DNA of 43,369 bases, from positions 1-43,369 of IMG/VR virus record IMGVR_UViG_3300010359_000004; one strand, 5' to 3'. The notes beneath the pieces were generated by a model. It was not told where the DNA came from. It searched no databases and was given only the letters and a program-made list of their open reading frames with translations. Source of the stretch: a virus. Lineage: Duplodnaviria > Caudoviricetes. Below are positions 26,465 through 34,237 of the stretch, piece after piece. How positions within the stretch are numbered: the stretch's first letter is position 1; each line of letters opens with the position of its first letter. The position numbers were made by a program, and so were the translations under genes.

Positions 26465-26752
26465 ATGCCCACACTCGAGATTCCGGAGAAGGACAAGGCG
26501 GAGGTTCGCACCTGCCCGATCGAGGTTTCCACCAAGGTCAACGGAGAGAAGAAGGAGACCACCATCGAGCGCCCCCTCCCGTATCGCCTCGTCGATGCGA
26601 TCGCCATCTACGGCGACAAGGAGGTGTTCAAGCGGTTCATCCAGTCGCTGGTGATCTCGCTCCAGGCGGAGGCCCGCAGCGAGCTGCAGGCCGAGTCCGG
26701 CGAGGCCGCTCCTCGCGTCCGTGCCAAGTACCTGGAGGAGTTGGGGCTCTGA
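26465..26752 (+). CDS. Hypothetical protein, paralogue of 17565-17810
   Basis: PYRLVDAIAIYGDKEVFKRFIQSLVISLQAEAR; visibly G/C-rich third codon positions. Confidence 0.75.
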   Translation: MPTLEIPEKDKAEVRTCPIEVSTKVNGEKKETTIERPLPYRLVDAIAIYGDKEVFKRFIQSLVISLQAEARSELQAESGEAAPRVRAKYLEELGL

Positions 26753-26775
26753 CGAGCCCGTCCGCACCCGCGGCA

Positions 26776-26797
26776 AGGGGGCCCTTCGGGGCCCCCT
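26776..26797 (+). terminator. 9-bp hairpin with cUUCGg tetraloop
   Basis: AGGGGGCCC-TTCG-GGGCCCCCT; no U-tract. Confidence 0.4.
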
Positions 26798-26814
26798 ACC
26801 CGGGGAGGTGAAGC

Positions 26815-26988
26815 ATGTCAACCAAGTCCATCACTGAGATGACTGACGAGGAGTTACAAGCTGAACTCGAGATGCTTGACTCCATCCAAGTTGCCCCATC
26901 GCCGATACCGAAGGCTCCGAAACCCGTCCGTGAAGTGAAGGCCAAGAAGTCACGAGCTTCGTGGAAGGACGCACTCGGAATAGAGTAA
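26815..26988 (+). CDS. Hypothetical protein (57 aa, absent from ORF track)
   Basis: GGAGGT SD; MSTKSITEMTDEELQAELEML...KKSRASWKDALGIE. Confidence 0.65.
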   Translation: MSTKSITEMTDEELQAELEMLDSIQVAPSPIPKAPKPVREVKAKKSRASWKDALGIE

Positions 26989-27164
26989 TGAGCGTTCACG
27001 AACAAGGCGAGCTGTTCGACGAGAATTGTATCATCTGCCAAAGGCAGATGGATACCTATAACGTCGAGAAGACAATTCGCCAACGCTTATACCGAGAGTG
27101 GCGCGAGGCATGGCTCCGCGACAACGACCGGCGTTGTGCGCGGATCCTAGGAGAATTCAAACCT

Positions 27165-27533
27165 ATGCCGACTGAGTTCCATCCGTGCGCCGATCGGGTT
27201 CTCATCCGACCCGATACTGAAGGCGGCGAAAAGCGAACGGCCTCGGGGCTGATTATCATTCCGGATATCGGCAAGACGAGGCCCACAACCGGGATAGTTG
27301 TCGCTATAGGACCCGACTGTCATGAGACGTTCGACGTAGGCGACAAGGTTCTGTTCGGAAAGTACGCCGGAGCTGACATTAAGTTGAACGAAGAGGAGAT
27401 GACTATCGTTCGTCAGGAGGACATCCTCGGCGTAATAACAGAGGAAGCCGATGAAGGTACTATCGACAAAGGCTCTAGTGAACCTGATCCTCCAACTGAA
27501 CTGGCAGGGTCACGTGGAGCTTCCGATCGGTGA
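27165..27533 (+). CDS. groES: Co-chaperonin GroES (possible longer form from ATG 26988)
   Basis: HPCADRVLI, EKRTASGLIIIPD, GIVVAIGP, VGDKVLFGKYAG, EDILGVI. Confidence 0.9.
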   Translation: MPTEFHPCADRVLIRPDTEGGEKRTASGLIIIPDIGKTRPTTGIVVAIGPDCHETFDVGDKVLFGKYAGADIKLNEEEMTIVRQEDILGVITEEADEGTIDKGSSEPDPPTELAGSRGASDR

Positions 27534-27705
27534 TGTTGAGTGGTTCGCCCGCGAGCTGCACGGTATCCTGTCGGGTAAGAACGCCTCCGTCTGTGAGGTT
27601 TGCAACACGGAGGCTCTCATCATCGTCCGTACTCCACTCGGTCCTATTTGTTCGGACTGCCTGGAGGACTTTAACCAGGAGGTAGAGGCTCGGCGCCAAG
27701 CATGA
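27451..27705 (+). CDS. Hypothetical Zn-finger protein
   Basis: CEVC...CSDC; GAGG SD. Confidence 0.55.
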   Translation: MKVLSTKALVNLILQLNWQGHVELPIGDVEWFARELHGILSGKNASVCEVCNTEALIIVRTPLGPICSDCLEDFNQEVEARRQA

Positions 27706-28661
27706 GCGATCCAATCATGAGCGTTCCGAAGAATCTTCGGGACTTAATAGGCGATGCCGAATGGTATGATGCCTCGCGCATCGACCTATTCTTAACGTGT
27801 CCACGAAGGTATTACTACCGGCACGAGCTACATCTGGTCCCCGCCGATGGCGGATCCAACAACGACGCGCTAACATTTGGTAGCGCGATCCACTCAGCTC
27901 TCGAGCTGCACTATAAGGGCGTGGGCTGGGAGATGGTGGACTGCCCTCATCGCAACCCAATGGATGAAGATTGTCCATTCTGTCGGGAGGGCAAAACCCG
28001 TGCTCTATTTGCCGCGTTCCTACGCGGCTTCCCCTCAAACCTCGAGACTGAGAGGCGCATGCAGGTTACTGGCCTACGCCTCTTGGCTAAGTATCTCGAG
28101 CACTATCGCGATGAACCATTCAAGGTTCACGCGATCGAGCAGCCGGCCATCTTCCCGATCGACGATTACTATTTCGTAGGCAAGATCGACCTGCTGGTTA
28201 CCTGGCCCGATTGGCACATAACCGATCACAAGACTGCCGGCCAGGTCAGCGATAACTATCATCGCGGCTTCAGGATCCACACTCAGCTGACGGGCTATAT
28301 GCTGGCCGCCAGTAACACGGTCGGAGAGCCCGTGACCAAAGCGATCGTCAATACGTTGGTCGTCCCGCGGGGCGCGAAGCCCGTCGAGCCGGACAAGCAC
28401 TTCGTGCGTCGCATAACGACGCGCAACCAGGCGGACTTCGACGAGTGGTACACTACTATCCGGGCAGCCGTAATGGAGATTCGCAGTTACCGGCAGAATC
28501 AGTGGTGGCCACAGAACCCCAAGGGATGCTTCGATTACAACCGCCAGTGTGAGTACTGGGATCTCTGCACAGTGGCGGCCAACGCTCGCGCTGGGATCAT
28601 CGAAGCACAGTTCAAGGTTGAGCCGTGGGATCCAACTAACATAGGCAAGGAGCCGAAATGA
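27702..28661 (+). CDS. PD-(D/E)xK Cas4/AddB-like exonuclease
   Basis: TCPRRYYY, FGSAIH, GKIDL, DHKT, QLTGY and C-terminal C......C.Y..LC Fe-S-type cysteines. Confidence 0.85.
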   Translation: MSDPIMSVPKNLRDLIGDAEWYDASRIDLFLTCPRRYYYRHELHLVPADGGSNNDALTFGSAIHSALELHYKGVGWEMVDCPHRNPMDEDCPFCREGKTRALFAAFLRGFPSNLETERRMQVTGLRLLAKYLEHYRDEPFKVHAIEQPAIFPIDDYYFVGKIDLLVTWPDWHITDHKTAGQVSDNYHRGFRIHTQLTGYMLAASNTVGEPVTKAIVNTLVVPRGAKPVEPDKHFVRRITTRNQADFDEWYTTIRAAVMEIRSYRQNQWWPQNPKGCFDYNRQCEYWDLCTVAANARAGIIEAQFKVEPWDPTNIGKEPK

Positions 28662-29464
28662 AGGAGTTGCAAGCTAGATCATTCGAGTATGCGCCGCTTG
28701 TATTGTCAGATGTACAGGCGGCGTACTTGTTCTATGGTCCCCCCGGTTCGGGCAAGACCACCGCGGCGATCGAGGCCCTGCGTAACATCGAGGGTCGAGC
28801 GCTCGTGTTCGACATGGATCGCAAGCTCTCGAGCATGACGAACCTTGACGCCGCGTTGGTCTCCCGTGTCGATGTCTGGTGCCCAACCGCCACCCTGTCG
28901 GGCACGAACACGATCAACGTGGTTCGCGTGGAGCGGAAGGACGAGAAAGGTAAAGCGATACCTGGCACTCAGGGATTCATTCCACCTGATCCGCGCGGTT
29001 ATCTCGAGCTCGTGGATGCGATCAACCAAACCATCGCCAGCCCGAATCCACTACATCAGCTATACATCCTCGACACCATGACCACCACCGTAGAGCATCT
29101 AATGCGACTGATTTGCCATCACCATCTGGTTAGCTCATTCACCCAGCAATTGTGGGGTGTGTTCGCTAGCTGCGTGGAGGAGTTCAGGGCCGGTTTCCTG
29201 TCGTTGCCCGGCAAGAGGATCATGATTGCTCACACGATCACAAGGGAAGATGAGTTGACCAAGGAGGTTCGCACCATTCCGTCGATACCTGGCCAGTCAG
29301 GCGAGAAGCTTCCCAAGGACTTCAATGAGGTCTATTATTTCGAAGGTCGCAATAGCGCTGGCAAGTATCGGGTTCTTACTACCGCTTCCAGAAGGTATAT
29401 TGCCCGTACTACTCGCGGTTTTGCTGTTGAGGAAGACCTCGAAAAGGTGATCCAGAAAGTTTAA
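28658..29464 (+). CDS. AAA_24 / Sak4-like ATPase
   Basis: Walker A YGPPGSGKT, Walker B YILDT, MIAH, F.EVYY; flanked by the nuclease and SSB genes. Confidence 0.8.
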   Translation: MKELQARSFEYAPLVLSDVQAAYLFYGPPGSGKTTAAIEALRNIEGRALVFDMDRKLSSMTNLDAALVSRVDVWCPTATLSGTNTINVVRVERKDEKGKAIPGTQGFIPPDPRGYLELVDAINQTIASPNPLHQLYILDTMTTTVEHLMRLICHHHLVSSFTQQLWGVFASCVEEFRAGFLSLPGKRIMIAHTITREDELTKEVRTIPSIPGQSGEKLPKDFNEVYYFEGRNSAGKYRVLTTASRRYIARTTRGFAVEEDLEKVIQKV

Positions 29465-29544
29465 CCGCCGGCGATGCCGGCATGGAGGAACGTATGAACG
29501 GGCTAATGGTGGCCCTACAACGGCTCCTCGAAAGGAAGGTCCAA

Positions 29545-29925
29545 GTGGCGTTCATCAACGTGAACCTGAACGACGTGGAGGATCAGAGTGGCGACATTCA
29601 CCCTGAAGGCAGGACGAACCTCAGGATCGTCGGCTCCGATCTCCGCGAGACAAAGGCCAAGGACTCGCAGTACATCGCCTGGCGGCTGGAGGTGATCGAC
29701 TCCGAGAACAAGAGGCCCGTGTGGCTGCAGAATTCCCTCAAGCCGCAGGCACTCTGGAATCTCAAGAACCTCTATAAGGCGTGCATGGGCTCCGAGTTCA
29801 ATCCCGAGGGCTTCGACACCACGGACCTGCACGGCTGTGAGTTCGGCGGAGTGCTCACCATCGAGGAGTACAACGGTGAGAAGCAGAACCGCTGCGAGGG
29901 ACCGTACAAGGCCGTCGCGAAATGA
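29545..29925 (+). CDS. Putative ssDNA-binding protein (DUF669-like)
   Basis: GTG 29545 with AAGGAAGG SD; P.G...L.I...YIAWRLEV...ALWNLK...DL.G...EEYNG..QN pattern. Confidence 0.7.
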   Translation: MAFINVNLNDVEDQSGDIHPEGRTNLRIVGSDLRETKAKDSQYIAWRLEVIDSENKRPVWLQNSLKPQALWNLKNLYKACMGSEFNPEGFDTTDLHGCEFGGVLTIEEYNGEKQNRCEGPYKAVAK

Positions 29926-30095
29926 CAAGATCCGACATCGATCAACTTATCACCAACGCGGCTCAAGGTATCAACCGGGTTCTCTGCGAGCCTGAGCTGG
30001 AGACGCCTGAGGAAGTTCAGCTTGCGTATCTAGCGTCCATTGCTAGCTCATTGCTGGCAATCGCAGGTCTCATGTTCGAATCCGGTAAGAAGTAG
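29922..30095 (+). CDS. Hypothetical protein (57 aa, absent from ORF track)
   Basis: ATGA overlap; MTRSDIDQLITNAAQGINRV...SIASSLLAIAGLMFESGKK. Confidence 0.55.
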   Translation: MTRSDIDQLITNAAQGINRVLCEPELETPEEVQLAYLASIASSLLAIAGLMFESGKK

Positions 30096-30258
30096 CCGGC
30101 TTGGCCAGCCGGAAATCCATCGTGCTTACGTAGTAATGGAGGGAAGAGCTGTTGTGAGACAGTGAGACTTCCCTGTGAAGTGAACCGTAGTGGGCTAATC
30201 AGATGGACGCGGGAGCATGGCGAGGCTCCCCTTCACTATGACTGAGATCATACTTACC
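30084..30258 (+). ncRNA. Unrecognised structured RNA, copy 2
   Basis: Closed by GGTAAG/CTTACC; same conserved blocks and stems as 17867-18018, with compensatory changes. Confidence 0.72.
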
Positions 30259-30318
30259 TCTCTGTGGATATTTTTCTGCTATCTACTCGGAGTATATTTA
30301 GCTCGTAAGTGGAGGTGA
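30238..30318 (+). CDS. Possible 26-aa single-TM peptide
   Basis: MTEIILTSLWIFFCYLLGVYLARKWR; the start codon lies in the 3' hairpin of the RNA. Confidence 0.35.
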   Translation: MTEIILTSLWIFFCYLLGVYLARKWR

Positions 30319-30321
30319 CGA

Positions 30322-31779
30322 ATGCCGAAGGTAGAGATATCCAAGATCACCGTCGGACCTCGTGCCCGAGTTGATTACGGTGATCTAGATAATCTAGCTA
30401 GCTCTATGAGCCGGCTGGGTCAGCTACAGCCCATCATCCTCGATGGTGATGGTGATCTCGTCGCGGGAGAGCGCCGGCTCAAGGCAGCCATGATGCTGGG
30501 CTGGCCCGAGATAGAAGCGACGTACATGGCGGATCTGGACGAGATCGGTAGAAAGGAGGTCGAGCTCGAAGAGAATCTGCGGCGCAAAGAATTCACCTGG
30601 CCCGAAGAAGTTCTCGCGCTCGAGAAGCTGTACAACCTGAAGATTGAACGGTACGGCACCCGGACCCCCGGCACGGATGGCAGCGAAGGTTTCGGAGTCA
30701 AAGACGCGGTGGAACAGTTCGAACGCAGCGCCGGTTCCATTAGCCAAGATCTTCAGCTCGCCAAGGGACTGCGCCAGTTTCCCAAACTCGCTTTCGAGAA
30801 GACGAAGAGCGCAGCGTTTAAGCAATGGCGCCGCATGGTCAGCCATCAAATCAGAGAGGAACAAGCCCGCCGCCGCAATGCCGAGATCGGACACTCGGCG
30901 GAGGAGGAAGAGTCCGCGACCCTGGACAACATCGTCCCGCCGGCTGGTGTGAAGACGGTAACTCCGCCACCTGTCCATCCGTCTGCGCCAGTAGAGCCCC
31001 TCGTGAAAAAGGCTGGCTTCAAGGGGTATGGGCTGATGTATCGCGGTGATGCTGAGTTCGTAATCCGCCACATGGATCCCGCCATCATCGACTGTATCGT
31101 CACCGATCCTCCATATGCTCTGTCGATGTTCAAGGGGGAGGGCCAGATAACGTCTGGCCGTCGCCTCGCGGAGCACGAGGGCGGGATGTACGACGACGAT
31201 CCACATAAGGTCCTCGATAAGTTCGACAAGGTGATGGAGCAATGTGCACGGGTACTAAAGCTCAACGGCCATGCTTACATCTTCTTTCACCACAATTGGT
31301 ACGATGAGATCCATGAGATTCTCATACGTCATTTTGGAGAGGATGCTGTGGAATCGACACCGATTGTGTGGATCAAGAACACATCGGGTATCGGTGATCC
31401 AAATGAGCGGTGGGTTTACAGTTACGAGCCTTTCTTCTTTGTCAACCGTGGCCGTCACTTGGTCAAGCCGCAGGGTCACAATTACATCATCACGAACACT
31501 GTTCCGCCGGGTCAGAAGACACATCCAACTGAGAAACCAACGATGCTACTCCGGCAAATAATCCAAGCATCATGCGTGAAAGGAGAGGTGGTTATGGATC
31601 CATACGCCGGCTCCGGCTCAACGCTGGTGGCGGCTCTCGAAGTAGGTTGCAAGATCTATGGGATGGAGCTCGAAGATGTATACTACCAGCGGATCGTGGA
31701 CCGGCTAGCCCTGACGATCGGAACTATCGAGCAGGGCACTGCCCCGCCGGAGGCGGTGGATGATAGTAGTTCCGCCTGA
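30322..31779 (+). CDS. ParB-N-terminal domain fused to amino-DNA methyltransferase (N6A/N4C, beta class)
   Basis: GQLQPI, LVAGERRLKA and ENLRR (ParB); TDPPY, HPTEKP and DPYAGSGST (methyltransferase). Confidence 0.9.
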   Translation: MPKVEISKITVGPRARVDYGDLDNLASSMSRLGQLQPIILDGDGDLVAGERRLKAAMMLGWPEIEATYMADLDEIGRKEVELEENLRRKEFTWPEEVLALEKLYNLKIERYGTRTPGTDGSEGFGVKDAVEQFERSAGSISQDLQLAKGLRQFPKLAFEKTKSAAFKQWRRMVSHQIREEQARRRNAEIGHSAEEEESATLDNIVPPAGVKTVTPPPVHPSAPVEPLVKKAGFKGYGLMYRGDAEFVIRHMDPAIIDCIVTDPPYALSMFKGEGQITSGRRLAEHEGGMYDDDPHKVLDKFDKVMEQCARVLKLNGHAYIFFHHNWYDEIHEILIRHFGEDAVESTPIVWIKNTSGIGDPNERWVYSYEPFFFVNRGRHLVKPQGHNYIITNTVPPGQKTHPTEKPTMLLRQIIQASCVKGEVVMDPYAGSGSTLVAALEVGCKIYGMELEDVYYQRIVDRLALTIGTIEQGTAPPEAVDDSSSA

Positions 31780-34237
31780 TCCCCCTCTGGGGCAAGCAAA
31801 GCTGGCGATAGTTGGTGCCCGGCCTGGCAAGGAGGAAGCCAGGCTCGGGCATCCTTTCGTCGGCGGCTCGGGCTCGGAACTCTGGAAGTTATTGAGCCAC
31901 CACGGAGTTTCGCGTACTCAATGCCTCGTAACAAACGCGGTCCTGACGTTTGATCCTGAACGAGCCTTGCCTACACCAGTAGAAATTCGAGATGCATTGC
32001 CCCGCCTTAAAGCTGAACTGGAAAAGTATCCTGCCAACGTGATCCTTGCGTTAGGTAATGAGGCCCTGCAAGCTGTGTGCGGCCTCCGCGGGATAGATAG
32101 TTGGAGAGGATCTATCATCGAATCTACGCTGTTGCCCGGCCGCAAAGTTGTAGCCGCGTGGCATCCAGCCAACATTCTACGAACGTACGAGCGCCGATAC
32201 ATTCTAGACGCTGATCTCCGCAGGGCCGTCGCGCAGGCGGCGTTCCCTGAGATCCGCAGGCCAACGAGGAATTTCATAATAGATCCCCCGTTAGACCAAT
32301 GCGTAGATTTTCTGCGCACCATAGGTGACGAGGCGTGCGTGGACATCGAATGCAGCAGGTTGAATCATCACATCTGGTGCGTCGGTGTTGGAGATATGCG
32401 AAGCAGCCGCGACATCATCTGCATCCCATTCACCCGCGGTAGCATGAACGTTAGCGAGCGGGTAGTAGTCGTGAGGGAACTGCAGAAGATGTTTGACCGC
32501 TGCGGCATCGTAGGTCAGAACGTTGGATTCGACAAGTGGGTATTGACCAAGTTCGGCTTTAGGAACATCCGCATAGTTTTCGACACAATGCTGGCCCATC
32601 ATTTGTTGTGGCCAGAGGCCGGCATGAAGTTGAAGACAGATGAGGGCAAGGATAACTTCTCCGGCGGTCATGATCTAGGATTCATTTCTAGCTGCTACAC
32701 GGAGGAGCCGTATTACAAACATGAGGGGCACCTCGGCGAAGATGCGCCACATGCGTGGACCGAACACTGGATCTACAACTGCAAGGATGTCGCTGTAACG
32801 ATCGAGTCTGCTGTGGGCCTCCGACAAGAGCTCAAAGAGTTCGGGCAAGCCGACTACTATCATACCCACACGAATCAGATGATTGACCCGGTGTGGCGTA
32901 TGCAGGGCAACGGCCTTGAGATCGACTCCGACGCTCTCAAGGACAGGAAACAAAGGCTCGAGCTCGAGAATAAGGTCCTCCAAGGACGACTCAAGCGTGC
33001 CGTCGGTTTTGATTGCAACGTGCGATCTACCGTTCATCTTAGGTATCTGCTCCACGATAAGTTGCATCTGCCAATCAAGAAGCGCACTAAGAAGGGCGGT
33101 GCACCAGCGACGGACGAAGATACACTTCGCACCCTGGCCTACGGATCGCCCTATGCAGACCTGTTCAAGCTCATCTTGGATATACGGGAGCGACGTACTC
33201 TGCTCTCCGGCTTCATGCAATTGGAAACATCGCAAGATGGTCGCTATAGGGCAGCTTACCTGATCCATGGTACGGATTCGGGCCGGCTATCCAGTCGTGC
33301 GCCCAAAGATCTGGATGGCCGACTCGGCCCCCAACTCCAGAATGTGCCAGTGCACTTCCGGAACGTCTTCCGCGCTAGTGCGGGTTGCGGTCTGATGGGA
33401 GCAGATCTCCGCCGTGCCGAGGCGATGTTTGTTGGCTACGACTCGGCGGACGCTGGGTTGATCCATGCTTTCGAGACTCAAGGATTTGATCTGTATGTGG
33501 ATCTAGGCGAGCACGTTCTAGGTTTAAAGTTTGCAGAGCAGGCCAAAGAAACGGCCAAGCTCTATCGCGATTGCTTCAAGCAAGTTTGCCATGCTAGCAA
33601 CTATGGGATGGGACCCGACAAACTCATCACTGTCCTCCGACTCAAAGGTATAGACATCGAGGACATCAGTGTTCGGGGTATCCATCAGCCAAAGCGTAAA
33701 GCTACGTATTTCCTCGAGGGCTACCACGAGAGATTCCCCGCCGTCCGTGGCAGGTGGCAAGCGCGGTTGCGTGAGGAAATACGAACTAAGCGGACATTGT
33801 ACGACGCCCTCGGTAGGCGTCGGTTCTTCATGGGCCGAATGGATGATGCTCTGTTCCGAATCGGATATTCGTATAGGCCACAGAGCAGTGTGGTAGGAAT
33901 CACAAACCTGGCATTTCGCCGGTTGGATACGTGGGGGTGGAGGATGGTCCTCCAGGTCCACGATTTCGTCGGGATCGAGTACCCATTGGAACGGGAGCGG
34001 GACTGCTACGCGGCGCTTCAGGCGGCGTTTGACGTTCCACTTACCCTCAACGGTCGTACATTCTTGATCCCCGTAGACATAAAGGCAGGGCCAAACTGGC
34101 GAGATATGAAACCCGTGGAGATTGCTGCGGATGAGTTGGTTGACCCAGTACATGGAATTCACTCACCAACACGAATCCCCGGCGATGTTTCATCTCTGGA
34201 GCGGTCTGACTATTATATCGGCCTTACTAGGTCGTAA
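31760..34237 (+). CDS. polA: Family A DNA polymerase with N-terminal uracil-DNA glycosylase-like domain and 3'-5' exonuclease
   Basis: UDG: PFVGGSG, ALGNEAL, WHPA. Exo: DIE, NVGFD, YNCKD. Pol: SGRLSS, LQNVP, ADLRRAE, K...HASNYG, QVHD. Confidence 0.92.
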   Translation: MIVVPPDPPLGQAKLAIVGARPGKEEARLGHPFVGGSGSELWKLLSHHGVSRTQCLVTNAVLTFDPERALPTPVEIRDALPRLKAELEKYPANVILALGNEALQAVCGLRGIDSWRGSIIESTLLPGRKVVAAWHPANILRTYERRYILDADLRRAVAQAAFPEIRRPTRNFIIDPPLDQCVDFLRTIGDEACVDIECSRLNHHIWCVGVGDMRSSRDIICIPFTRGSMNVSERVVVVRELQKMFDRCGIVGQNVGFDKWVLTKFGFRNIRIVFDTMLAHHLLWPEAGMKLKTDEGKDNFSGGHDLGFISSCYTEEPYYKHEGHLGEDAPHAWTEHWIYNCKDVAVTIESAVGLRQELKEFGQADYYHTHTNQMIDPVWRMQGNGLEIDSDALKDRKQRLELENKVLQGRLKRAVGFDCNVRSTVHLRYLLHDKLHLPIKKRTKKGGAPATDEDTLRTLAYGSPYADLFKLILDIRERRTLLSGFMQLETSQDGRYRAAYLIHGTDSGRLSSRAPKDLDGRLGPQLQNVPVHFRNVFRASAGCGLMGADLRRAEAMFVGYDSADAGLIHAFETQGFDLYVDLGEHVLGLKFAEQAKETAKLYRDCFKQVCHASNYGMGPDKLITVLRLKGIDIEDISVRGIHQPKRKATYFLEGYHERFPAVRGRWQARLREEIRTKRTLYDALGRRRFFMGRMDDALFRIGYSYRPQSSVVGITNLAFRRLDTWGWRMVLQVHDFVGIEYPLERERDCYAALQAAFDVPLTLNGRTFLIPVDIKAGPNWRDMKPVEIAADELVDPVHGIHSPTRIPGDVSSLERSDYYIGLTRS

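Noticed and set aside
27702-28661. Cas4-like gene as part of a CRISPR system
   Set aside because: No repeat-spacer array or other cas genes; the context is the usual nuclease-ATPase-SSB recombination module.
30424-31242. 272-aa minus-strand ORF and similar long antisense ORFs over polA and the helicase
   Set aside because: Antisense to well-supported genes, with no recognisable motifs.
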